A stretch of 36,244 nt of DNA from Dehalococcoidia bacterium (GCA_034420495.1 DAOULG010000141.1:1-36244), one strand, 5' to 3'. Shown: positions 23,301-31,451, numbered from the stretch's first letter. Notes: generated by a model from the letters alone, not told the origin. Numbers and translations: made by a program.

Positions 23301-24658
23301 GGGTGGGCGCCGCGGGCGAGGGCGAAGAGATCCCCCTCGTCCCACTCCTCCGCCGCGCACTCGGCGACGAGCTGCTGCGCCAGCACGTCGAGCGGGGCGG
23401 GGAGGGGCTCGACGCGGTCGAGCCGGCCCGAGCGCACGGCGCGCACCAGCGCCGCGGCCTCGACCAGGTCGTCGCGGGTCGTCGCGAAGATGCGGCCGCT
23501 GGGCCGGAGCCCCAGCGCGTGCCCGGAGCGCCCGACGCGCTGCAGGAAGGTGGCGATGCTGCGGGGCGATCCGACCTGGCAGACGAGATCGATGTGGCCG
23601 ATGTCGATGCCGAGCTCGAGCGAGGCGGTGGCGACCAGGGCGCGCAGCTCCCCGGCCTTGAGGCGGGACTCCACGCGCTCGCGCCGCTCGCGCGAGAGCG
23701 AGCCGTGGTGGCTCGCGACCGCGTCCGCCCCCAGGCGCTCCTCGAGGCGGTGCGCGACGCGCTCCGAGAGCTGCCGGGTGTTCACGAAGACGAGCGTGGT
23801 GCGGTGCCCGCCCACGAGCTCGGCGAGCCGGTCGTAGATCTCGTCCCACTGCTCGCGGGGGGTGACCGCCTCCAGGTCGGTGGGGGGGAGCTCGATCGCC
23901 AGATCGAGATCCCGCTGGTGCCCGAGGTCGACGATCTCGCAGGGGCGCTCCGCGCCCCCGGGCGCCCGCCCGACCAGGAACCGGCCCACCTCGCCGACGG
24001 GCCGGACGGTCGCCGAGAGGCCCACCCGCACCGGCCGCCCGCCCCCCGCGCCGCCGACGACGTGGTCGAGCCGCTCGAGCGAGAGCGCCAGGTGGCTCCC
24101 CCGGCGGTCGCGGGCGAGCGCGTGTATCTCGTCGACGATCACGGTCTGGACCGTGCGCAGCGCCTCGCGGCCGCGCCGCGCGGTGAGCAGGAGGTAGAGC
24201 GACTCCGGCGTCGTGATGAGGATGTGCGGCGGGCGGCGGACCTGCTGCTGCCGGATCGACGGCGGGGTGTCGCCGGAGCGCACAGCGACGCGCAGCGCCG
24301 GGAACTCCTCGCCCCGGCGGGCGGCGAGGGCGCGGAGCTCCGCGAGGGGCGCCTCGAGGTTGCGGTGGATGTCGTTCCCGAGCGCGCGCAGCGGCGTGAC
24401 GTAGAGGATGCTCGTCGCATCCGGCAGCGCCCCGCCCGCGGCGGCGGTGATGAGATGGTCGAGGCCCCAGAGGAAGGCGGCGAGCGTCTTCCCGGAGCCG
24501 GTCGGGGCCGTGATCAGCGTGTCGCGGCGGCGGGCGATGAGCGGCCAGCCGGCGGCCTGCGCCGGGGTCGGGGCGGCGAAGCGCCCGGTGAACCACTCGC
24601 GCACGAGCGGGTGGAAGGCGCCGAGGACCTCCCGGGGGGTCGGGGCCGCAGCGTCCAT
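20324..24658 (-). CDS. lhr: Lhr-type large ATP-dependent SF2 helicase (full length with C-terminal extension), 1444 aa
   Basis: ATG at 24658 after GGAGGAGAG. Motifs: TAPTGSGKT (I), VIVDEIHAL (II), GLSATV (III), HHGSLSRERR, VATASLELGIDIG, QVGSPRSIATFLQRVGRSGH (VI). These are followed by the long Lhr-specific WH/domain-4 region and the C-terminal region. The tracked 205-codon upstream extension is junk. Confidence 0.9.
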   Translation of the reverse strand: MDAAAPTPREVLGAFHPLVREWFTGRFAAPTPAQAAGWPLIARRRDTLITAPTGSGKTLAAFLWGLDHLITAAAGGALPDATSILYVTPLRALGNDIHRNLEAPLAELRALAARRGEEFPALRVAVRSGDTPPSIRQQQVRRPPHILITTPESLYLLLTARRGREALRTVQTVIVDEIHALARDRRGSHLALSLERLDHVVGGAGGGRPVRVGLSATVRPVGEVGRFLVGRAPGGAERPCEIVDLGHQRDLDLAIELPPTDLEAVTPREQWDEIYDRLAELVGGHRTTLVFVNTRQLSERVAHRLEERLGADAVASHHGSLSRERRERVESRLKAGELRALVATASLELGIDIGHIDLVCQVGSPRSIATFLQRVGRSGHALGLRPSGRIFATTRDDLVEAAALVRAVRSGRLDRVEPLPAPLDVLAQQLVAECAAEEWDEGDLFALARGAHPFRDLERSDYDEIVAMLAEGIGSGAGRAAPLIHRDRIHGMLRGRRQARLAALLNGGTIPEMGDYRVIAEPGDTVVGSVGEDFAVESAAGDIFLLGSTSWRIRRLVGDTMRVADAQGAPPTIPFWEGQAPGRTRELSAEVGRLRRDVAARLDGDPAALRAWLASESSLPDAGAAQIVDYLRTTRDGIGLVPTDEDVVFERFFDESGGMQLVVHAPFGQRVNRAWGLALRKRFCVVFDFELQAAASDDAILLSLGPQHSFPLAESFRYVTAGNLEHAVEQSVLYTPLLPTRWRWNATRALAVPRRRGGKRVAPWVQRMRADDLLASVFPDVVGCQENVTGALELPDHVLIRQTMRDCLREVMDVDGARALLERVEAGAIRLHARDTTEPSPMAHEIVAGRPFTYLDDAPLEERRARAVQLRRTLPEHQRDLGALDPGAIERVRDQAWPDPRDAEEVHDALLGLVAVREETAAGWEGWLAELLEAGRAGRARGGGGGTLWFAAEHLPAVSLLYPGRESDLARPPPAEAQIAVADRDDARLRLLRGHAEVSGPLTVAELAARSGLSAVDAERGVAQLEAGGFVLRGRFTPAAAEEEICDRALLARIHRYTLEQLRQEIAPLPVQELMRFLLRWHGAAPGAELRGRAGLRAALTRLRGFEAPAASWERELLASRVVDYEAPWLDELALSGELAWARLTPRRAAAGSGRGPASRATPVTLAPRADLGLLLEAVRRYGPAPAPAPETGAGAEIRALLAERGALFLDEIVAATRRLPQDVERGLRVLVGLGLITADGVQPLRDVAGRHRGGGSRRRGPRRRPLAPWRTSRAEEPRLFLRGRPTGRWSLLESAVPPGRESALDAEELAEEVARVLLDRWGVVFRDLALRESFTVPWREVLRALRRLEARGLVRGGRFVTGFHGEQFALPEAVEALRRLRREPHSGERVVVAAVDPLNLSGVLLPGARVPSQPGRTVVLVDGAPEEAGVASAAPAAGAAEGR

Positions 24659-24766
24659 CTCTCCTCCGGGGCGCCCCGGCGATGGTACCAGCGCGGCATG
24701 CGCCTGACCGTGAGCGCCCCGGGGACGATGATGGGCGGGCCGGCGGCGCGCTGGGAGGAGGGCCCG

Positions 24767-25702
24767 ATGATGTCGACCGACCCGGGGAACGAGGCGGACG
24801 CCCGCCCCCGCGCGGTGCTCGCCACCGACGTCGGCGGGACGCGGATGCGCCTCGCCGTCTACGACGCGCGGGGCCGGCAGCTCCACCACCGCGTCGGGCC
24901 CACGCCGGGGCGGGATCCCGGCGCCCTGCTCGGGGCGCTGCGCGAGGGGGTCCGGGCCTCGCCGATCCCGGTCGGGGGCGCCGTCGTCGGCATCGCGGGG
25001 CCCATCGACTACCGCCGCGGCGTCCCGCGCGCGCTCCCGCACATCCCGGGCTGGGAGGGGCGGGTCTCCGCGCAGGGGCTCGCGGACGCGCTCGGCCTCC
25101 CGGCCGTCGTCGCCAACGACGCCGACCTCGCCGCGCTCGGCGAGCAGCGCTTCGGCGCCGGCGCGGGGGCCGAGGACGTCCTCTACCTCACCGCCAGCAC
25201 GGGCGTCGGGGCCGGCGTCGTGCTGGGGGGGCGCCTGCTCCACTCGCGCTACTCCCTCGCCGAGATCGGCCACACGGTGATCGACCGCGCGAGCGGCGCC
25301 AGCGTCGAGGAGCTCGGCTCGGGCAGCGCGCTCGCCGCGCTCTCGGGCGAGGACGCGGCCGAGATCTCGGCGCGCGCCGCCGCCGGCGACGAGCGGGCCC
25401 GGGCGCTCTTCCGCGAGGCGGCGGAGGCCTTCGCGCTGGGGGTCCTGAACGCCGCGCTCTGCTTCATGCCGGAGCGCGTGGTGATCGGCGGCGGCCTCTC
25501 GAACGCCGGGGAGCTCCTGCTCGGCCCCGTGCGCGAGCGCCTCGCGCGGGCGCCGGCGGTGCTGCCCCTTCGCCCGGAGGACGTCGTCCGCGCGACCGGC
25601 GGCGACGACGCCGGCCTGCGCGGCGCCTACGCGCTCTGGCTCGACCTCACCGATCCGCGGCGGGCGCCGGGCGGGATCGAGATGGCGGCGCCGGCGGGCT
25701 AA
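24767..25702 (+). CDS. ROK-family sugar kinase (glucokinase-like) lacking the canonical zinc-cysteine motif, 311 aa
   Basis: ATG at 24767 after GGGAGGAGG with a 6-nt spacer. Motifs: LATDVGGTRMRLAV (phosphate-1), VGIAGPID, VANDADLAALGE, LTASTGVGAGVV, AEIGH. There is no N-terminal HTH. It forms the 3' end of a 1733-aa artefactual ORF antisense to lhr. Confidence 0.75.
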   Translation: MMSTDPGNEADARPRAVLATDVGGTRMRLAVYDARGRQLHHRVGPTPGRDPGALLGALREGVRASPIPVGGAVVGIAGPIDYRRGVPRALPHIPGWEGRVSAQGLADALGLPAVVANDADLAALGEQRFGAGAGAEDVLYLTASTGVGAGVVLGGRLLHSRYSLAEIGHTVIDRASGASVEELGSGSALAALSGEDAAEISARAAAGDERARALFREAAEAFALGVLNAALCFMPERVVIGGGLSNAGELLLGPVRERLARAPAVLPLRPEDVVRATGGDDAGLRGAYALWLDLTDPRRAPGGIEMAAPAG

Positions 25703-25721
25703 TCGGGCGCCGGGGGCGGCG

Positions 25722-27032
25722 CTAGATCGTGAGCGGGCTCCGGGCCTGCCGGGACCGCACCGTCGTCCCGTAGGGGAGGACGGAGACCTCGAGCAGCTCG
25801 GGTCCGACCATGGGGCCGACCACGGCGTTCCGCAGGAGCGTGAAGCGCGGCGGGATGCGCGCCCGCTTGCCGACGATGTTGAGGCCGCTCCACAGGAGGT
25901 CGGGGCGTTCCGCGTTGGGACCCTCGACGGGGCCGACGCCGACGCGAGCGCCCGCGCCCACCTCGACCTCCTTGTCGAGGATCGCGCGCTCCACCACCGC
26001 GCCCTCGGCGACGCGGCTGCCGTGCAGGATCACCGAGTCGCGGACCACGGCGCCGGGCTCGATGCGCGCGCCCGGCGAGATCAGCGAACGCGCCACCGAG
26101 CCGCGCACCACCGATCCGGAGCCCAGTATCGACTGCCGCACCTCGGCGCCCGCGCCTATCTGGGCCGGGGGCTGCTTGTGCGCGCGGGAGACGACGCGCC
26201 TCCCCGGCTCGTCGAAGTGCACCGGCGCCGGCTCGCCGAGGAGCTCCATGCTCGACTCCCAGTAGGCCTCGATGGTGCCGATGTCGCGCCAGTAGCCCTC
26301 GTAGAGGTGGCCCTGGATGCGCAGACCCTCGCCCATGGCCTTCGGCAGGACGTCGGCGCCGAAGTCGTGGCGCGAGCCCGCGTCCCCGGCGTCCTCGACC
26401 AGGAGGCGCGTGAGCACCTCGGCCCGGAAGACGTAGATCCCCATCGACGCCAGGTCGGACGACGGCCGCTCCGGCTTCTCCTCGAAGCGCGTGATCCAGT
26501 CGGCCTCGTCGAGCTCGACGAGGCCGAAGCGCGAGGCCTCCGCCATCGGGACGCGGGAGAGCCCGATCGTGACGTCGGCGCCGCTCTCGTGGTGGCGGGC
26601 CAGCATCTCGCGGTAGTCCATGACGTAGACGTGGTCCCCGGCCAGCACCAGCACGGTGTCCGAGCGGTTCTCGTCGCGGTTGAGGAAGAAGAGGTTCTGG
26701 TAGACGGCGTCGGCCGTGCCGAGATACCAGTCGCCCGCGGTGTGGCGCGAGAGGTAGGGCTGGAGCACCGAGACGCGCGTCACGTCGCCGCCGTAGCCCC
26801 ACGGCTCTCCCGAGCCGATGTGCTCGTGGAGCGAGAGCGGCATGTACTGCGTGAGGACGCCCACGCGCGGCAGGCGCGAGTTCGCGCAGTTGGAGAGCGC
26901 GAAGTCGATGATGCGGTAGCTGCCGCCGAAGGGGACGGCCGGCTTGGCCCGCTGCTCCGAGAGGACCGAGAGCCTGTCCCCGGCGCCGCCGGCCATCAGG
27001 AAGGTCATCACCTGCGGCGGGGGTCGCTGCAT
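25722..27032 (-). CDS. glgC: Glucose-1-phosphate adenylyltransferase (ADP-glucose pyrophosphorylase), 436 aa
   Basis: FLMAGGAGDRLSVLSEQRAKPAVPFGGSYRIIDFALSNCANS is the GlgC signature, and a C-terminal left-handed beta-helix repeat region is present. The start could be 27032 (ATG, SD spacing short) or 27008/27011. Confidence 0.9.
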   Translation of the reverse strand: MQRPPPQVMTFLMAGGAGDRLSVLSEQRAKPAVPFGGSYRIIDFALSNCANSRLPRVGVLTQYMPLSLHEHIGSGEPWGYGGDVTRVSVLQPYLSRHTAGDWYLGTADAVYQNLFFLNRDENRSDTVLVLAGDHVYVMDYREMLARHHESGADVTIGLSRVPMAEASRFGLVELDEADWITRFEEKPERPSSDLASMGIYVFRAEVLTRLLVEDAGDAGSRHDFGADVLPKAMGEGLRIQGHLYEGYWRDIGTIEAYWESSMELLGEPAPVHFDEPGRRVVSRAHKQPPAQIGAGAEVRQSILGSGSVVRGSVARSLISPGARIEPGAVVRDSVILHGSRVAEGAVVERAILDKEVEVGAGARVGVGPVEGPNAERPDLLWSGLNIVGKRARIPPRFTLLRNAVVGPMVGPELLEVSVLPYGTTVRSRQARSPLTI

Positions 27033-27101
27033 GGCTCCTCGCCCCTAGCCTACACGGTGCCCCCCGTGCGATCGTGGCCCGGCGCGCCGGGGGAGGATCC
27101 G

Positions 27102-27950
27102 ATGCCCGACGCGGTGGACGCGCTCCCCGCGCCGCTGGAGCGGGTGCTCGAGCGGGCGGCGGGGCGGCGGAGCCTGCTCGTCCTCGACTACGACGGGACG
27201 CTCGCGCCGTTCCGGGCGGAGCGCATGGAGGCTGCGCCGTCCCCGGCCCTGCTCCCGCCGCTCCACCGCCTCGCCGCCTCGCCGCGCGTCCGGCTGGTCG
27301 TGCTCTCCGGGCGGCCGCTCGCCGAGCTCGAGCGGCTGCTCCCGCTCGACCCGCTCCCCGAGCTGTGGGGCTCGCACGGGTGGGAGCACCGGCTCCCCGA
27401 CGGCCGGCGCGACGATCCGCCGCTCCCCGAGCCGGCGGCGGCGCTGCTCCGGGCCGAGCGGGGACGCCTCGGCGACCTCCCCCCGGAGCGGCTCGAGCGG
27501 AAGGTCGCCTCGCTCGCCCTGCACTGGCGCGGGCTCCCGCCCGCGGAGGCGCGGAGGCTCGAGCGTCTCGTCGCGCCGCGCTGGAGCGCGCTCGCCGCCG
27601 AGGGGCCCGCGCTCGAGCACCGGCGCTTCGACGGAGGCCTGGAGCTCCGGGCCTCCGGGCGCGACAAGGGGAGCGCCCTCGCCGAGCTGCTCGCCGGGGA
27701 GGCCCGGGAGACGGCGGCCTGCTACCTGGGCGACGACGAGACCGACGAGGACGCCTTCCGGGTGCTCCTCGCGGCCGCCGGGGAGCGCCCCGCCGCGGGC
27801 GTGCTGGTCGCCGAGGAGGGCCGCGAGACCCGCGCGGCCTGCCGCATCCCCCCGCGCTCGGTGCCCCTCGTGCTCGGCCGCTGGGCCGCCGCCGCGGAGG
27901 CTCCCCGGCCCGGGGGCCCGGCCGGGGAGCCGGGGAGGCCCGCCCCGTGA
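27102..27950 (+). CDS. otsB: Trehalose-6-phosphate phosphatase (HAD superfamily), 282 aa
   Basis: ATG at 27102 after GGGGGAGGA. HAD motif I LLVLDYDGTLAPF, motif II VVLSGR, RDKGSAL, motif IV YLGDDETDEDAF. The stop overlaps the otsA start (GTGA, 27947-27950). Confidence 0.85.
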   Translation: MPDAVDALPAPLERVLERAAGRRSLLVLDYDGTLAPFRAERMEAAPSPALLPPLHRLAASPRVRLVVLSGRPLAELERLLPLDPLPELWGSHGWEHRLPDGRRDDPPLPEPAAALLRAERGRLGDLPPERLERKVASLALHWRGLPPAEARRLERLVAPRWSALAAEGPALEHRRFDGGLELRASGRDKGSALAELLAGEARETAACYLGDDETDEDAFRVLLAAAGERPAAGVLVAEEGRETRAACRIPPRSVPLVLGRWAAAAEAPRPGGPAGEPGRPAP

Positions 27951-29332
27951 GCGGGCGGCTCGTCGTCGTCTCCAACCGGCTGCCCCCGGCGGGGCCGGGG
28001 AGCCCTCCCCCCGCGGGGGGCCTCGCCTCCGCCCTGGGGAGCGCCCTCGCCGAGAGCGGCGGCCTCTGGTTCGGGTGGAGCGGCGCGGAGTCAGACGTGG
28101 AGGCGGAGCCCGCGCGCCGCCGCGACGGCGCCGTCGAGTACCTCGCGGTCGACCTCTCGGCCGAGGAGATCCGCGGCTACTACGAGGGCTTCAGCAACCG
28201 CGCCCTCTGGCCGCTCTGCCACGGCTTCGACGATCGCGCACATCCCGGCCGCGCCGACTACGAGATCTACCGCCGCGTCAACGCGCGCTTCGCCGCCCGC
28301 CTCTCGGCTCTCCTCCGCCCCGGCGACCGGGTCTGGATCCACGACTACCACCTGCTCCCCCTGGGCGAGGAGCTGCGCCGCCGCGGCTGGGCGGGGCGCG
28401 TCGCCTTCTTCCTGCACATCCCGGTGCCGTCCGCCCGATCGTGGCGGCGCCTGCCGGGCGCGGCGGAGCTCGCCCGCGCGCTCGGGGCCTGCGATCTCAT
28501 CGGCGTGCAGACCGGGCGGGACGCGGAGGCGGCCCGCGCCCTGCTCGGGGCGCACGGGGCCGCCGGGGCGGCGGGGCGCGTCGCGGCGCACCCGATCGGC
28601 ATCGACCCGGAGCACTGGCGCGATCTCGCCGCGCAGGAGGCGGCGAACCCCCTGGAGCCGGCGGCCGGCGGCCGGCGGGTGCTCCTCGGGGCCGATCGCC
28701 TCGACTACAGCAAGGGGATCCCGCTCCGCCTCGAGGCCTTCGAGCGGCTGCTCGAGCGCGAGCCGCGCTGGCGCACGCGGGCGCTGCTCGTGCAGTGGTC
28801 GGCGCCCTCGCGCGAGGCGATCGCGGAGTACCGGGCGGAGCGCGAGCGCGTCGAGGCGCTCGCCGCGCGCATCGAGGCGCGCTTCGGCGCCCCCTCGCCG
28901 CCCGCCGCCGGGGGCGCGGGCGGCCCCGTCCTGAACGAGGTCGCGACGCGCGCCGCCTCCACCATCGCCGCCGCCTACCGCGAGGCCGCCGTCTCGCTCG
29001 TCACCTCCCACGCGGACGGGATGAACCTCGTCGCCAAGGAGTTCGTCGCCGTGCAGCGCCCGGCGGATCCGGGCGTGCTCGTCCTCTCCCGGGGATGCGG
29101 CGCCGCCGAGGAGCTCCGGGAGGCCCTGCTGGTGCCGGCGGGCGACGTCGACGCGCTCGCGGCGGCGATGGCCGCGGCGCTCGCCATGTCCCCGGGCGAG
29201 CGCCGCGATCGCTGGCGGGCGCTCTCGGAGCGCGTCGAGGGATCGACCGTCCACGACTGGAGCCGCCGCTTCCTCGCCGCGCTCGACGCGGCGCCCCCCG
29301 CCGGGCCGGAGGAGGCGCCGCCTAGGGGGTGA
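27947..29332 (+). CDS. otsA: Alpha,alpha-trehalose-phosphate synthase (GT20), 461 aa
   Basis: Motifs: LVVVSNRLP, GFSNRALWPLCH, VWIHDYHLLPLG, FFLHIPVPS, LGADRLDYSKGI, HADGMNLVAKEF. Confidence 0.9.
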   Translation: MSGRLVVVSNRLPPAGPGSPPPAGGLASALGSALAESGGLWFGWSGAESDVEAEPARRRDGAVEYLAVDLSAEEIRGYYEGFSNRALWPLCHGFDDRAHPGRADYEIYRRVNARFAARLSALLRPGDRVWIHDYHLLPLGEELRRRGWAGRVAFFLHIPVPSARSWRRLPGAAELARALGACDLIGVQTGRDAEAARALLGAHGAAGAAGRVAAHPIGIDPEHWRDLAAQEAANPLEPAAGGRRVLLGADRLDYSKGIPLRLEAFERLLEREPRWRTRALLVQWSAPSREAIAEYRAERERVEALAARIEARFGAPSPPAAGGAGGPVLNEVATRAASTIAAAYREAAVSLVTSHADGMNLVAKEFVAVQRPADPGVLVLSRGCGAAEELREALLVPAGDVDALAAAMAAALAMSPGERRDRWRALSERVEGSTVHDWSRRFLAALDAAPPAGPEEAPPRG

Positions 29333-29972
29333 GCCCGCGGGCGGCGTCGGCGTCGGCCAGCACCTCGACCCGGGCGGCTCCGACGCGCGCCGCCGGCAGG
29401 TCCTCGCCGGCGGCCCAGCGCCTCAGCGGCTCGCGCTTGCTCGCGCCGGCGACGAGGAAGATCGCCACGCGCGCCGCCCCGAGCGCGGGCGGGGTCAGCG
29501 TCAGCCGCGCGTGATCGGGCCGCTCCACGCGCGCGACGAGCCGGCGCCGCTCGCGGAGCGCGGGATCGCCGGGGAAGAGCGAGGCGGTGTGCCCGTCCTC
29601 CCCGAGGCCGAGCAGGGCGACGTCGAAGGAGATCGGGCCGTCGCCGAAGACGGCTGAGAGCTCGGCCTCGTAGCGGGCGGCGTCGCAGCGGGAGCCGCCC
29701 ATGGCGTGCACGCGCGCCGGGACGCGGTCGAGCAGCGCGCGGCGCGCCATCCCCTCGTTCGAGTCGGGGTGGTCGGCCGGGACGCAGCGCTCGTCGGAGA
29801 AGAAGACGTCGACCCCGGGCCAGTCGAGATCGGCCGGCGTGAGCGCCTCGTAGAGGGCGCGGGGGGTGGAGCCCCCGGCGAGCACGAGGCGGCGGGGGCG
29901 GAGCGCCCGCAGGCGCTCGCGCGCCGCGGCGGCGAGCTCGGCCGCGGGGACGACGGTGAGCTCGGCCCGCAC
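29322..29972 (-). CDS. pgl: 6-phosphogluconolactonase, 216 aa
   Basis: Motifs: LVLAGGSTPRALYEAL, VFFSDERCVP, ALLGLGEDGHTASLFPG. GTG start at 29972, 12 nt after the zwf stop. Confidence 0.9.
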   Translation of the reverse strand: MRAELTVVPAAELAAAARERLRALRPRRLVLAGGSTPRALYEALTPADLDWPGVDVFFSDERCVPADHPDSNEGMARRALLDRVPARVHAMGGSRCDAARYEAELSAVFGDGPISFDVALLGLGEDGHTASLFPGDPALRERRRLVARVERPDHARLTLTPPALGAARVAIFLVAGASKREPLRRWAAGEDLPAARVGAARVEVLADADAARGLTP

Positions 29973-29984
29973 CGTCGGCCCCCG

Positions 29985-31406
29985 CTAGTCGTCGACGTGC
30001 CAGGCGCGCGGTGAGATGAGCCGCTGCGCCTCCGGCGGCCCCCAGCTGCCCGCGGGGTAGTAGGTGACGGGCGGGGGATCGCTCACGACGGGGTCGACGA
30101 TCTCCCAGGCCCGCCGCACGCCGTCGGAGCGCAGGAAGAGCGTCCGGTCGCCGTCCATCGCGTCGTAGAGCAGCCGCTCGTACGCCTCCTGCGGCTCGGT
30201 CATGAACGAGTCGCCGTAGGAGAAGGTCATCCGCACCGGTCTCGCGTCCACCTCCGGCCCCGGCGGCTTCGCCAGGAACGAGAGGGCGATCCCCTCGTCC
30301 GGCTGCAGGCGCAGCGTGAGCCGGTCGGGGCTCAGCGCGGAGATCTGCGTCGGCCGGAAGAAGCGGATCGGCGCGTCGCGGAACTGGATCGTCACCTCCG
30401 AGACGCGGCGCGGCATCCGCTTGCCGGTGCGGATGTAGAAGGGGACGCCGGCCCATCGCCAGCTGTCGATCCGCAGGCGCGCCGCCGCGAAGGACTCGGT
30501 CTGCGAGTCGGGGGCGACCCCCTCCTCCTCGCGGTAGCCCGGTATCGGCTCGGCGCCGATCACGCCGCGTGTGTACTGGCCGAGCACGACCTCCCGCGGG
30601 TCGATGGGGGCGATGGCGTGGAGCGCCTTCACCTTCTCGTCGCGGATCGCCTCGGCCTCGAAGGAGGTCGGGGGCTCCATCGTCAGCAGCGAGACGACCT
30701 GCAGCACGTGGTTCTGCAGGATGTCGCGGAAGGCGCCGACGGTCTCGTAGGTGGCGCCGCGCCCCTCGAGGCCCAGCGACTCGGCGACGGTGATCTGCAC
30801 GTGATCGATCGCGTCCCGGTTCCAGAGCCGCTCGAAGATCGCGTTCCCGAAGCGGAAGACCAGGATGTTCTGGACGGTCTCCTTCCCCAGGTAGTGGTCG
30901 ATGCGGTAGATCTGCCGCTCGTCGAGGTGCCGCTGCAGCGCGGCGTCGAGCGCCGCCGCCGAGCGCAGGTCGTAGCCGAAGGGCTTCTCTATCACGATCC
31001 GCCCGCCCCGCGTGAGGCCGTGCTCGGCGAGCTCGCGCGCCGTCTCGGCGAAGAGCGAGGGCGGCGTGGCGAGGTAGACGAGCCGCCGCTCCCGCTCGCT
31101 GAGGCCGGCGACGCCGGCGAGGCCGTGCTCGCGCGCGCAGATGAAGCGCAGCCGGCCTGCGAGCGCCTCCCACGCGCGGGGATCGACCGCGCGGCGCGAG
31201 TGCTCGCTCACGGCCTCCCGCGCGCGCCGCCGGAACTCGTCGTCGGAGAGATCGCCCCGCGCGTAGCCGATCACGGCGCCCTCGGCGGGGAGCAGGCCGT
31301 CGAGCGCCAGGTTGTAGAGCGCCGGCAGCAGCTTGCGCCGCGCCAGATCGCCGGTCGCCCCGACCAGCACGATGTCCTGGGGCTCGGCCGCCTCCATCCC
31401 CCTCAT
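29985..31406 (-). CDS. zwf: Glucose-6-phosphate 1-dehydrogenase, 473 aa
   Basis: Motifs: IVLVGATGDLARRKLLPALY, IEKPFGYDL, YRIDHYLGKETVQN, LQNHVLQV. The start is ATG at 31406, or 31397 as an alternative. Confidence 0.95.
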   Translation of the reverse strand: MRGMEAAEPQDIVLVGATGDLARRKLLPALYNLALDGLLPAEGAVIGYARGDLSDDEFRRRAREAVSEHSRRAVDPRAWEALAGRLRFICAREHGLAGVAGLSERERRLVYLATPPSLFAETARELAEHGLTRGGRIVIEKPFGYDLRSAAALDAALQRHLDERQIYRIDHYLGKETVQNILVFRFGNAIFERLWNRDAIDHVQITVAESLGLEGRGATYETVGAFRDILQNHVLQVVSLLTMEPPTSFEAEAIRDEKVKALHAIAPIDPREVVLGQYTRGVIGAEPIPGYREEEGVAPDSQTESFAAARLRIDSWRWAGVPFYIRTGKRMPRRVSEVTIQFRDAPIRFFRPTQISALSPDRLTLRLQPDEGIALSFLAKPPGPEVDARPVRMTFSYGDSFMTEPQEAYERLLYDAMDGDRTLFLRSDGVRRAWEIVDPVVSDPPPVTYYPAGSWGPPEAQRLISPRAWHVDD

Positions 31407-31451
31407 CGAGCCACCCTCCCCCGGGGCCCCGTCGCCGCGGGCGCCCGCGCC

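Noticed and set aside
20501-25702. 1733-aa plus-strand ORF, the longest in the track
   Set aside because: It runs antisense to lhr and is Arg/Gly/Pro/Ala/Glu low-complexity with no recognisable motif. That is typical of stop-free antisense frames at ~75% GC. Only its last 311 codons (24767-25702), which lie beyond the lhr start, look like a real protein (the ROK kinase).
24767-25702. ROK protein considered as a NagC/Mlc-type transcriptional repressor, the only possible regulator in the window
   Set aside because: At 311 aa it begins directly with the sugar-kinase phosphate-1 motif (DVGGTRMRLAV). It has no N-terminal winged-helix domain, so it is called a kinase.
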